The position numbers and the translations under genes were made by a program. This document shows positions 24,163-37,195 of a DNA stretch of 64,000 nucleotides, piece after piece (positions within the stretch are counted from its first letter, which is position 1; each line of letters begins with the position of its first letter). The DNA is from Octopus sinensis (lineage: Eukaryota). The notes under the pieces were generated by a model, which searched no databases, was not told the DNA's origin, and was given only the letters and a program-made list of their open reading frames with translations. The stretch is taken from contig NC_043001.1 in NCBI RefSeq assembly GCF_006345805.1, positions 15,562,001-15,626,000 of the forward strand. The letters are read 5' to 3'.

Positions 24163-24580
24163 GGATCTTTTCGGTATGACCGGCAGTTTTTTAAAATAAT
24201 TTCCACATAACTAAACACTTTTAAACTTCGTATACTGGTAGAATGTGTTAATAAAACATCTTTTTCTCTTGGCTGTCTTGAGAAAATTCTATAGTTTGTA
24301 AGATATTTGTTGTTTTTTTTTCTTCAATTTCTGCAATTTCAACAAATCAATGATGTCTATTGAGGTGAAAACATTCTGTGCCGTATGAATATGTCCCTCG
24401 TTTAAGAAACAGATTGGGTTTATTTACATTTCTGAAGAAAAAAAGATACCCTTCCCCCCACCCCTAACCCTAATCCTAAAGCAGATTGAAATGCAATAGA
24501 TCGATACTAGGGTCATAATTATGGGTGACAATTTCATATGACACCGCTAGAAAAAACTGCCAGTCAAACTGAAAAGATCC
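24163..24580. mobile_element. Related GGATC-ended MITE with about 30-bp TIRs and a 7-bp TSD
   Basis: Ends GGATCTTTTCGGTATGACCGGCAGTTTTTT / AAAAAACTGCCAGTCAAACTGAAAAGATCC. CATTTTC duplicated at 24156-24162 and 24581-24587. Shares AACTAAACACTTT.AAACTTCGTATACTGGTAGAATGTGT with the 611 element. Confidence 0.85.
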
Positions 24581-27500
24581 CATTTTCTTTCTCTTTGTCA
24601 ATCTCTGATGAAAGGTGGAAACTTGAAACATTTGATTCTTAACTCCTCAAGACACCGTTTCTTTCAACTCTCCAATTGTTCTTTAAGTGTTGCAGACAGA
24701 CTATCACTAAATTCCTCAAAGTGTCAATTTAGCCGTATATTAATTTAAAATTATGTATTCTGAAAGTTTGGCAGTCACACACATCAGTTATTCACTCAAG
24801 CTAAAATGTCAAGAGTAATTAATTACAAAAAAAAAATTAAAGAAATGATTAAGGAAAATAAATAAAATTGTCAGTAAATTAAAAAAAAAAGAGCTTTACG
24901 ACTACTTATTGTTTTCTTATCTAAAGAGTGGATAGATAGGGGAAGTAACTCACTATTCTGTTGGAGATAGTTGTCGCTGATATCTGGCATGCACACAGGC
25001 TCACTAAAGTTTGGAGGCACATTGCAGAGAAAGGCTCTTTCCTGGCTTGCTTCTGAAATGGGAACAAAACAGATTTTTTTCTTTCTTTCTTTCTAATTGA
25101 TTTCACCCAGATCAGGAAGAATTAGGAGAGTGATATAATATCAAGGGACTTAAGCTGGTAAATAATAAACGAGGAGCTGAGAGAAAGTTGTTCAACTATT
25201 TCACTTAATGCGTAACTGGAAATTAGGGGGTTAAACAATAAATCACTTTCATTGTAGAAAATGTAAAAGACACACACACACAAACAAACAAACATACACA
25301 AATATTGGACATATATAGTTTTTAAAAAATGGCAGCTTAGAAGAGATTAAGTTGGATTTTTACCTCAAGTTTTTTAGTTAGGAAACAGCTAACATCTGAT
25401 GTTGCTCACAGTGTAACTCAAGATCCACCCAGGAACATTAAAAGACCCTTTTGTTATCCAAGATTTAGCACTAGTAAATTCCTCAAGGGTAAATTCTGAG
25501 CATTGAAATTTGGCTGCCTGACAGTTTGGCCAGCACCTGGTACCATTCCGTATTTACTCTTTCGTAAGTTCAGTATGAGATGCCAAAGTATTCTGTTGAA
25601 TACTAAAAAATAATCCTCCTTTGATCAGTTGTCCATCAGCTATTGAAAATATCCTTTTGCTGTTTTCGAGATCAGATGTATATAATATTTGATATTTATG
25701 TGTTGTTTGGTTTGCTATATCATTTGAGGCGGCGAGCTGGCAGAAACGTTAGCACGCCGGGCGGAATGCTTAGCGGTATTTTGTCTGTCGTTACATTCTG
25801 AGTTCAAATTCCGCCGAGGTTGACTTTGCCTTTCATCCTTTTGTCTGCCCTTGTTTGTCCCCTCTGTGTTTAGCCCCTTGTGGGTAGTAAAGAAATAGGT
25901 ATTTCTTCTGCCGTTACATTCTGAGTTCAAATTCCGCCAAGGTTGACTTTGCCTTTCATCCTTTCGGGGTCGATAAATAAAGTACCAGTTTCGCACTGGG
26001 GTTGATGTAATCCGTTTGTCTGTCCTTGTTTGTCCCCTCTATGCTTAGCCCCTTGTGGGCAGTAAAGAAATATATATCCTTTACGAACTAAAGAATTTAG
26101 AAAGAGAGTGAGAGCTGTGCTTTACCGAGTTGAGGGGAATGGCCAGAAAATACTGTTTGGTTACACAAAATTAAACAGGATATAGATCTCTTGAAAATGA
26201 TGTTTTACAGCAAATAAGCAAGGGAAATTGAATTATGCTCGTTTCTGTTTTTTTTCTTCCTTGTTATATCTTAAGAGAAACCCACCTTTGAAGTAAATAT
26301 ATTTTAGTGGTTCTTTTCAGCAGTTAACACTAGAGAAATTCCCTGAAGCTATCCATGTTCTGGTGTCACAGTATTCAAAAACTGCAGTCTACTTGGCAGC
26401 AAACTTCTATACGACCTGTTCAGTTCAGAAACTGACCATTGTATTTTTTCACTTCCCTGTTTCTTTTCACCGAGAGATTTATAAACAATTTTTTTCCCAA
26501 ACTTTTATTTCTAGTTTAGAAATCAATCCACACATACATACATGTACTCATACACATTCATTGTTGTACAAGATCATTTGTTTGGTTGTAACAACTTCAT
26601 AAGTAATTTGTAACAATAAACAGTGAAATGTCGATACAGAAGTTAAGATCTGGTTATTGTTTACTTATCAGGAGTGGCTTATCGCAATGGTATGAGATAT
26701 ACACATCAATAAGATAGAGCAAATATTTCACCAAAGCAGTGGAATTTCCACCATGTATATTTAGCATAATACTAACGACAATTATAACATTAACAGTAAT
26801 AGTAGCAGTGACAACTGAAACATTTTTTTTAAATGATTAATAATGACAGAAGGAGTATTTAATACCAAAAGGTAATATTTATCTTTCCTTAGAAGTGGAT
26901 GTTGTGTTAGAACACAGAATACTGCATTACTTATTAAGAGAGAGCCTCTCGTATGAACTTGTGGTGCATAGAAGCACTTGTGTATATATCACTAGTGGGA
27001 GATAATCGTCTGCTGCCACCACTAAACAAAGGCAGGGAGAGTAATCTTGTTACAAGGCCGAAAATTTTGAGGGGAGGGGTATAAGTTAAGTACATCAACC
27101 TTGGTGGAATTTGAACTCAGAATGTGAAGAGCTGGAAGAAATGCTGTTATGTATTTTGCCTGACATGTTAACGATTCAGCCATCTCATTGCCATAATAAT
27201 AATAATAATAATAATGATGATGATGATCATTTAACATCTGCTTTCCATGCTAGCATGGGTTGGATGATTTGACTGAGGACTGGCAAACCAGATGGCTGCA
27301 ACAGGCTCCAATCTGATCTGGCAGTTTCTACAGCTGGATGTCCTTCCTAATGCCAACCACTCCGAGAGTGTAGTGGGTGCGTTTTACGTGCCACCGGCAC
27401 AAGGGCCAGTCAGGTGGTACTGGCAACGGCCACGCTCAAGTGGTGTTTTTTACGTGCCACCTGCACAGGAGCAATAATAATAATAATAATAATAAGAACT

Positions 27501-28219
27501 CTTCACAAAGGTAAACAGACAAGATAAAGAGTGCAGTGCGATTGCAATATTTTACTGGTTGAATGATATTTCAACAGTAAGCCTGTTTTTGTCAGGTTCA
27601 AAATAAAAAGTGATAAAAATTCAAAATTACAGAAATTCATATCTCAAGTATGAATGAGAGCAACCAGTGTATTTGAATGGTACAAAATCCATTGGCCCAG
27701 GATTGGGCTCAAGACTGGGGTCTAGCGAAATTAGTTTTTGCATTTTATTCCTTCTTACAGTTGGCTTGTCAGCCTTGTTAGTTTAGCTAGAACCCCCCTG
27801 TGTAGAGCCCAATCCTGAGCCAATGGATTTTGTACCATTCAAAGTACACTGGTTGCCCTCATTCATACTTAAGATTTGAATTTCTATCACATTTTATTTT
27901 GAACTCGACAAAGACAGACTTGCTGTCGAAATATTGTTTAACCAATAAAATATCTATTGAAATCACATCACACCCTTTGTCTTGTCTAATAATAATAATA
28001 ATAATAATAATAAGAGCATTATCACTGTAAATTTTCTATCTTTTTCCCCCCCTTCATCTTCTTTGTTTACCTTTTTTCTCATTTTTCTCTATCACATGAC
28101 TTTGTAAACGAACAATATGGTGTGTTTATTTTAATGACCTACCAATGACTGTATACAGCGAGTTTCTCTGTCCTAGGTGTCAGGAAGACACTTGGCAAGA
28201 AATGGAAACAGAATTGAAG

Positions 28220-28257
<38 letters not shown>

Positions 28258-30349
28258 CCATTCTACTAAAGGCACAAGGCTTGAAATTCGGGGGGAAGGG
28301 CTAGTCAATAACATTAACCCCAGTACATGACTGGTGCTTATTTTATCAATCTTGGGAGCATTTGAACTCAGAAAGTAAAAAACAGACGAAATGCCACTTG
28401 GCATTTCACCTGGCGTGCTAGTGATTCTGCCAGCTCACAATAATAACAACAATAATAATAATCTTTTCTACTGTAGACACAAGTCCTGACATTTTGGGGG
28501 AGGGAACTAGTCGATTACATCGACCCTAGTGTTTCACTGGTACTTAATTTATCGACCCTGAAAGGATGAAAGGCAAAGTTGACCTCGGCGGAATTTGAAC
28601 TGAGAACATAGTGATGGTTGAAATACCACTAAGCATTTTGTCCTGCGTACTAACGATTCCGCCAGCTCACCACCTTATGATAATAATACTAATACTAATA
28701 GTAATAGTAATACTACTACTAATAATAATAATAGTAATACTAATAATCCTTTCTACTGGAAGCACAAGACCTCAAATTTGGGGGAAGGGACTAAGTCAAT
28801 TACATCAACCCTAATGCATAACTGGTACTTATTTAATCAACCCCGAAAGGATGAAAGGCAAAGTTGACCTTGGAGTAATGAACTTGGAATGCAGTGATGG
28901 GCAAAATACTGTTAAGCATTTTCATCCTGCATGCTAACAATTCTGCCAGCTCCCTGCCTCATGATGAGGATAATAATAATAATAATAATAATATAAAGTA
29001 ATAGTAGCAGCAGTAATAGCAGTTACAATTTTTTTTTTAAAATTCAAAAGAAAACTTCAAGATGGGTGGAGGGGGACTTGCAAAGGACGAAATACTCGAA
29101 GTGGGGGTTAATAGTAGTTGATGAATTATGAAGAAAAGAATTGAAAAATGGTGTTAAGGAAATTGAAGGGCAGTGTGTTAGTGCAAATATTAATGATGAT
29201 GATACATTTGCCCAACTCATCTACCACGCCAGTGGTGACAAAGAGCAGACATTAAGTAAGAGAGGTGGTGGTAGTGGTGGTGGTCGTGGTCGGCTTGTGA
29301 ATGGGAGATGTTAAAAGTATAAAGTTGAAATGATTTACTCAAGCTATATTTTTCTACAAGTGACAAGAGAGAGAGAAAAAGAGAGTAACAGCAAGAGTGA
29401 GACACTAGAGAGAGAAAGAGAGAGATGTTGAAAGCTTACTGGATATGTAGAAGCGGGGGGGGGGGACTAGGAGTGGGGGTAGAGGGAAGAACCACACAAG
29501 GTATCTATCCTATCTGCCCCTCCTCCATCTCCACAGCTCATCATTCCCCGCTCCCCTCTCTCCGGCTACCCCCACCCCAATTTTTAAGATAATGGGCAAC
29601 ATGGAACCATTAAGCTGTGCTGAGGCTGGCTGTCCTATAATTGGTAACTAGATCAAACTTGTGCATTAAAAACATTACACTATAAAGTTCAAGGAAGGGA
29701 CGAAGACTGTGTGTGTATGTGTACGTGCGAGCGTGAGGTTTGCATATATGTACATGAGCACACACACACCCACCCACACGGATACTCACACACACACACA
29801 CACACAGATACTCACACATGCACACACACACACACAGATACTCACGCATACATATGGATACCTAGTACTCACACATACAAACAAATCCACCCACAATAGC
29901 CCCTCTCTATAATTACACCATTCCAGACAGCAGTGGTGGTGTAGCCGGGGGGGGGGACTACTGAGATGGAGAGAAAAAAAAATCCTCCACTTAATTGCTA
30001 CCCAGCATGCCTTGCACACTTCCACACCCAAATCTGAAGAGGGACATATTCATTATATTTTAAGCAGCTCACTCCATGTATCAGTGTGTGTGTGTATAAG
30101 TATATAAGGGTGCATGTGTTGATATGTATAAGTGTCCACACACACACATGTCCGTGTGTGTGTGTGTGTTTGATTAACTGGTGGTAGGGCTTGTTGCTAC
30201 ATACCACTTGGCCCACCACAACCATTACTGCAGCAGCCCACATTAGGAAGTATCTAGATGTCCTTACCTACCTCAACTAAAACTGTAGCAGCTGGCGTTT
30301 AGTAGTTCTCAGTACAGTGTGACTTTTAGCAACCCTTTCAGAATATGCT

Positions 30350-31115
30350 GAAGTAACCTGGAGGTAGACCATACTAGATGCTGCCAAGATCAGAGTTTAG
30401 CAATTTTGATTACAGTTGAGGCAGCCCTGAGGTAGCCCAGACTATTTGCTGTTCAGGTCATCGTTGTAGCTGCCTTGAATTAAGGCAGCCCAGACTACAT
30501 GCTGTTCAGACCCTTATGTACCATGTACTCACTAGTCTTGAACAGAATTGAGGCAGCCCTAGGGTAGCCCATTCTAGATGCTGCCAAGATCAGAATTTAG
30601 CAACATTGATTACAGTTGAGGCAGCACTGAAGTAGCCCAGACTATTTGCTGTTCAGGCCCTTATGTACCATGTACTAGCCTTGAACAGAATTTGGGCAGT
30701 CCTAAGGTAGCCCATTCTAGATGCTGCCAAGATCAGAGTTTAGCAATTTTGATTACAGTTGAGGTAGCCCTGACTATTTGCTGCTCAGGTCATTGTCATA
30801 GCTGCCTTGAATTGAGGCAGCCCAGACAAGATGTTCAGACCCTTATATACCATGTACTAGCCTTGAATAGAATTGGAGCAGCCCTAAGGTAGCCCAGACT
30901 ATTTGCTGTTCAGGTCATCATTGTAGCTGCCTTGAATTGAGGCAGCCCTGATAAGATGTTGTTCAAACCCTTATATACCATATACTACTAGCCTAAAACA
31001 GAATTGGGGCAGCCCTAAGGTAGCCCAGATTAGATGCTCTTCAGACCAATGATGAACCAGCCTTGAAAAGAACTGGGGCAGCCTTGAGGTGGTCTACAAT
31101 AGATGCTCCTCAGAC
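30350..31115. repeat. Modular tandem array: about 12 units of GAGGCAGCCC(TAAGGTAGCCC) plus three or four interchangeable 45-55-bp modules
   Basis: Modules ..TAGATGCTGCCAAGATCAGAGTTTAGC.., ..AGACTATTTGCTGTTCAGGTCAT.. and ..CAGACCCTTATGTACCATGTACTAGCC.. recur in irregular order. Confidence 0.9.
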
Positions 31116-33017
31116 ATCTGAATCAGACTTATCCTTTACTAGCTTTAATGCTTATGCTTCCCTGACATTTACATGTGTTTGTGTGTGTGGATATGTCAGG
31201 GCATCGTTACTGCTGTGTGTATGGAGATGTGCCAATAAAGCCCATCCCAAGTGTTCAGTAATAATAGAAAAAACAAAATATATAAATAAAAATAAAAAAC
31301 TATGTCACCAGTGAAATAAAAGTAACAACTACCACCACCACCCTTTGACCAATTATCTTCTGCTAATAAACAAAAACTGGGGTAAAATAAATCTTCAGGG
31401 CAAAACTAGAAATTTCTAGCATAAAACAACAACAACAACAAAACTAACCACTTGTACATCTTTCACAAAGTAAACATTCTTATAAAATAAACAAACAAGT
31501 CATTCAGATTTCTGGGGTAGGGAACAGCTAAAATTTATACAGGCTCAGCTCTTCACTGATTCCTTATTTTATGAACCCCAGCAGGATTAGGGCAGAGTTA
31601 GGTTCAAATACAGTATACCAAAGAGTGTGGCAAGCTGGCAGACACATTAGCATGCTGGGCGAAATACTTGTGCGGTATTTTGTCTGTCTTTACGTTCAGA
31701 GTTCCAATTTTGCAGAGGCCGACTTTGCCTTTCATCCTTTTGGGGAGTCAATAAATCAAGTACCAGTTGCATACTGGAGTTGAACTAATCGACTGGCTCC
31801 CTCCCCAAAAATTTTGGGTCTTGTGCCTAAAGTAGAAAAGAATACAGAATATGAAGGCACAGGTGTGGCTGTGTGGTAAAAAGTTTGCTTCTCAACCACA
31901 TGGTACTGGGTTCAGTCCCACTGCATGACACCCTGGGCAAGTGTCTTCTACTATAGCCTCATGTCAACAATGTATGGCTCAATTCAAGAATTGAACCCAT
32001 GATCTATTGACTAAGCACCAAGGTAATTATGGAGCCCATTAAATAAAATGGAACCCCCCACAAAAAAAAAAAAGGATTTGTGACTGTTCCCAACCAATAA
32101 TAAGGGATGATAAATAAACAAAAATAAAGTTAACCTCACAATGCAAGAAAGAGAACAACATACCATTGGTCAGTTAGAATGGGGGCAGAATTTGAACTTG
32201 GAACATAGAATGACGTAAGTGAATACACTAACCAATAAAACGTTTAATGTGTTTCCCCATGGACCCCAGGATATTAAAAGATCTGTCAGCTTAACAAGTT
32301 CATGGAGCCCCAGTACTACTACCCTTGCAGACTACAGATTAGGAACCACTGGTTTATATATTCTACATGCATGTGTGTACTTATATGTATGTATATTTAA
32401 TGGACAATATGGATTTAGCTAATCCAGTGGTACTCATAAAAAACCTCCTTTAATGGATCCGGCTATAAACCTCTTAGTAAACCGAAAAAAAAAAAAAAAA
32501 GGATGTGATAAATAAATCTTATGCAGTCGGAATCCAGTAAATTCAATTAGTAAATGATTATTTGATTAAGAGAGCTTCTAAAATATAAAGCAAGAGAGAG
32601 AGAGTGTGTGTGTGTGTGTATATTCTTTTACTTGTTTAAGTCATTTGACTGCCGTCATGCTGGAGCACTGCCTTTAAGTCGAGCAAATTGACCCCGGGAC
32701 TTATTCTTTGTAAGCCTAGTACTTATTCTATCGGACCTTTTTTTGCCAAACCGCTAAGTTGTGGAGACATAAACTCACCAGCATCAGTGGTCAAGCGATG
32801 GTAGGGCTGGGTGACAACTACAGACACACAAACATACATATATATGACGGGCGTCTTTCAGTTTCCGTCTACCAAATCCACTCAGAAGGCTTTGGTCAGC
32901 CCGAGGCTATAGTAGAAGACACTTGCCCAAAGTGCCACACAGTGGGACTGAACCCGGAACCATGTGGTTGGGAAGCAAGCTACTTGCCACTCCTATATTA
33001 TACACACACACACACAC

Positions 33018-33081
<64 letters not shown>

Positions 33082-33084
33082 TTT

Positions 33085-33271
33085 CAAAATGTGACCTCTT
33101 GAGTACCACTAGCGATTTTTTTCCTCCGTCTTCCCTTCTCCTATGTTTCCGATGAAGAGCTCCGCTCGAAACGTTAAACCCTCCTTCTTCCCTGAGCGTC
33201 CAATAATACTTTATTTGTTCCACGGCGTTGTTGTGTTTTTTGTTTTTTTGTGTTTTCTTGTTTGGATTAAC

Positions 33272-33272
<1 letters not shown>
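33085..33272 (+). mobile_element. Penelope-like pseudo-LTR remnant with a variant hammerhead-like motif, between (TA)n tracts
   Basis: CCGAUGA-A-GAGC-ucc-GCUC-GAAA-CGUU...AGCG-UC (33149-33200). U4C change and an extra A in the core; (TA)n at 33020-33078 and 33272-33305. Confidence 0.45.
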
Positions 33273-33303
<31 letters not shown>

Positions 33304-36111
33304 ATAGACACACTTGTGGGCATATTCATATTAGAAGCTGTATGAATTGGGTTGCTAGCCAGTGGTGATGGTGGTGGTGGAATGGAATGGGAGAGTTTGG
33401 GGTGTTGATGTGTGTGTGTTGGGGGTGGGGGGCGTAGGTACTGGAGCTGTGTACTGCTATAGATGGGTTGTTGAGTTCATTGGGTACAGCAGACACTTTG
33501 GCAGTTGAAAGGGAATAGGAAACATCTGAACCCGGTGTCAGGAAGAGAATGAGAGAATAGTTTGTTATGTACATAGCAGCTCACAGCTCCATCTGGTGTC
33601 AGCAATGTAACTAATAACCCACCCCACCACCACTCCACACATGCATATATCTTGTAACTTACACTAATTAATTAACGAAATGGCTGCAGGAAGTATTTTG
33701 GACATTGGCCAGATTGCTGCAAGTGAGGACAGACGGGGGGGGGGGGGCAGTGTGGAGGAATGATGTGTTTGCGCAACACAACTCAGGTCCCGAGAGCGAA
33801 CAAGGCAGGCGAAGATGATTGGGAGTTATGTGTGCAGCATCACCATCATCATCATAGTCGTCATCATCATTTAGGGTCCATGTTCATACAGCAATGGATT
33901 TAAAGGTTCAAAGGGATCCAGCAATCTGCCTGGCAGCATGGAACTCAAATGTCAGCTCTGACGTGGTTTCTACGACCAGATGCCCTTCCTACTAACAATC
34001 AACCACTTTACAGTGTGGACAAGGAGTTCTTTTTTTCCCATGCAACCTGCATTGTTGAAGTTCCCGAGTAATTCACAAAACAGAAACCCCCCCCCCAGGA
34101 AAAGGAAAAAAAAAAACCTCCTCGACTAAGAGAGGATGAGTATTTGAAAGGAGAAAGTGGTTTTATGCCAAGTGTTGAGAGGTTAAAGTATGATAAAGGG
34201 ACAAGGGACAAGCACTGGTACCTTGCTATTGAGAAGATTACCTGTTACAACAAACAGCAACTAAAACTCCCTCAAATCATATTTAAACCCTATTTTAAAA
34301 AAATAAACAAAGAACAAAATAGCATTATATAAAATATAGTCATGGATACAGGGAAAAAGACAAGATGATCACTTTGGATCATAGGTATTTTGCTCTTTTA
34401 CTTGTTTCAGTCATTTGACTGTGGCCATGCTGGAGCACTGCTTTTAGTCGAGCAAATTGACCCCAGGACTTATTCTTTGTAAGCCTAGTACTTATTCTAT
34501 CAGTCTCTTTTACCGAACTACTAAGTTACAGAGACGTAAACACACCAGCATCGGTTGTCAAGCGATGTTGGGGGGACAAACTCATATATATATATATATA
34601 TATACAACAGGCTTCTTTCAGTTTCCGTCTACCAAATCCACTCACAAGGCTTTGGTCGGCAGGAGGCTATATAGTAGAAGACACTTGCCCAAGGTGCCAT
34701 GCAGTGGGACTGAATCCGGAACCATGTGGTTGGTAAGCAAGCTACTTACCATACAGCCACTCCTGCGTATTTTGCTTGATAAAGGCTGACCTTGGGCTAA
34801 ACTAAAACCTTATACTTTGCTTGCACCTTGTAGCATATTCCCCTATCTGGGAGTAACCAGTTGGGGGTCTGTGTGGAGAGGGACAGAAAAGAAGAGAGAG
34901 TGAGAGAGAACTTGTCTCACAATCAGATTTCCTTTGATTACAACACACACAACTGCCGGCATGCACACGTGTGTATGCATGTTTTTGCTTCCAGTACAAT
35001 TGCCAAAACATGTTTAATAGCCAATCAGCCATGCCAAAACCTCAGCACCCAAACAGCTGCGCCCAACTGTCTCATCCCAGGATAAGAGACAGGACACAAC
35101 ACTCTACTGTCCACGGAAATATCGACGGTTTACTTGAGTGTCACGCAAGACAGGGGCTTCGTTAAGGGCCCCTAAAACTGCACTGTAACCCTATCTACCG
35201 ATCCTCATTCAACACCAAGCAATGGAATAACGGTAGCTGCCACTGCTCTCGACACTAATTAGCGACTGTTCAGAATTCCTGCTTTAACTAAGAGCACACT
35301 TGAAGTGTAATTGATATCTTCACACTTCCTCTTGCAGAATTACAAGGAGCGGAATCAGGAGATTTGTCAATACATGCGCACATACATACATACACACACG
35401 TACACATAAACAAGCAAGTGCACACACACACACACACACACAGGGTTCTTTACTTCGTTGTTTTCTGTCGCAGCCAAGACTTTGTTGGACGACTGCTTTT
35501 TACAAATGCGAATGTATGCAAGCACATACACACATGTGCATTTCCTATATATATATAACTCGTTTTAGTCATTAGACTGTGGCCATGCTGGGGCAGAGCA
35601 TCGAAGAATACTTTGTTCAGTGAACTGACCCCAGTAACCTATTTTTTAAAGCCTGTACTTATTCTATCTGATGGGGACATAAACACACCAACACAGGTTA
35701 TCAAGCAGAGGAGGGAACAAACACAAAGACATACACACCCACACATATATATATATATATATATATGTAAATATATATGACAGGCTTCTTTCAGTTTCCA
35801 TTTACCAAACAACAAAGCTTTGGTCAGCCCAAGGTGTCATGAAGTGGGACTGAACCTGGAACCATGTGGTTGTGAAGAAAACTTCTTACTACACAGCCAC
35901 GTGTGTGCGTGTATTCTTTTATTCTTTTGTTTCAGTCATTTGACTGCAGCCATGCTGGAGCATCACCTTTAGTGAAACAAATCAAGCCCAGGACTTATTC
36001 TTTGTAAGTCTAGTATTTATTCTATCAGTGTCTTTTGTCGAACCGCTAAGTTATGGGAATATAAGCACACCAACATCGGTTGTCAAGCAATGGTGGAGGA
36101 ACAAACAAACA

Positions 36112-36147
<36 letters not shown>

Positions 36148-36307
36148 GGGCTTCTTTCAGTTTCCACCTATCAAATCCACTCAAATGGCTTTGGTCAGAC
36201 TGAGGCTATAGTAGAAGACACTTGCTCAAGGTGCCATGCAGTAGGAATGAACTTGGAACCACATGGTTGGTAAGCAAGCTTCTTACCACACAGCCACTAC
36301 TCCTGTG

Positions 36308-36344
<37 letters not shown>

Positions 36345-36515
36345 TGTAAATGCCTATGTATATACGCATTATCTTAGCGTAGATATAATTGTAGCCAAGT
36401 TACGAGATACTTCTAAACAAGACACTCCTACACGTTTTAACGTATTTATATGTTTTTACATTTAAATTCAAACTTACACAACTAACAGTATTAATGACAT
36501 GATAGAGAGTGAAAC

Positions 36516-36577
<62 letters not shown>

Positions 36578-36960
36578 CTTTCATTAAAATAAAAAATATT
36601 GGAGCAGCACAGGTCCACCAATTTGAAGCGAATGCTGAAGCTGCGAAACTAAGGAAGTCGGTCTTTGCAGCACATTTACCATTCAACAGAACCACTTCCT
36701 TTCTACCACAGTACTTACACATATCCACCACCATTCCACTCACTACACCTTTTTTTTTTTTTATTTAATTAGCTCTATAACACACGCAGTTGTTTGTTTG
36801 ATGTCCATTATTTTCCTACTGTCATATGTAGGATGGGAATTTACGTCAGGCAGGATTTTACTGCCAGGTGCTCTTCCTGCTGCCAACCTTTAGTTTTTCA
36901 AGTAAGGATGTTTTTTTTTTATAACTCCTCAACAAACCTTTGAATATATTTGTATGTGTC

Positions 36961-37195
36961 AAAGGCGGCGAGATGGCAGAAACGTTAGCATGCGGGGCGA
37001 AATGCATAGCTGTATTTCGTCTGCTCTTACATTCTGAGTTCAAATTCCGCCGAGGTCGACTTTGCCTTTCATCCTTTCGGGGTCGATAAATTAAGTACCA
37101 GTTACACACTGGAGTCGATATAATCGACTTAATCCGTTTGTCTATCCTTGTTTGTCCTCTCTGTGTTTAGCCCCTTGTGGGTAGTAAAGAAATAG
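36961..37195 (+). mobile_element. Family A tRNA-derived SINE (central CTTTGCCTTTCATCCTTTCGGGGTCGATAAAT.AGTACCAG domain, MetaSINE-like); representative monomer
   Basis: Head GGCGGCGAG.TGGCAGAAACGTTAGC...GAGTTCAAATTCCGCC (B-box-like), conserved central domain, tail AGCCCCTTGTGGGTAGTAAAGAAA. More than 20 whole or partial copies. The superfamily name is recalled, not verified. Confidence 0.85.

Noticed and set aside
24462-24478. CCCTAACCCTAA telomeric-type hexamers
   Set aside because: Only two units, internal to a MITE; not a telomere or interstitial telomeric array.
30350-31115. CRISPR-like repeat-spacer appearance
   Set aside because: Eukaryotic intron, variable linker, spacers reused and mutually related, no cas genes.
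33326-33574. His-rich ORF in the large intron
   Set aside because: Low-complexity (CAC/ACC) origin with no matching splice pair in that frame.
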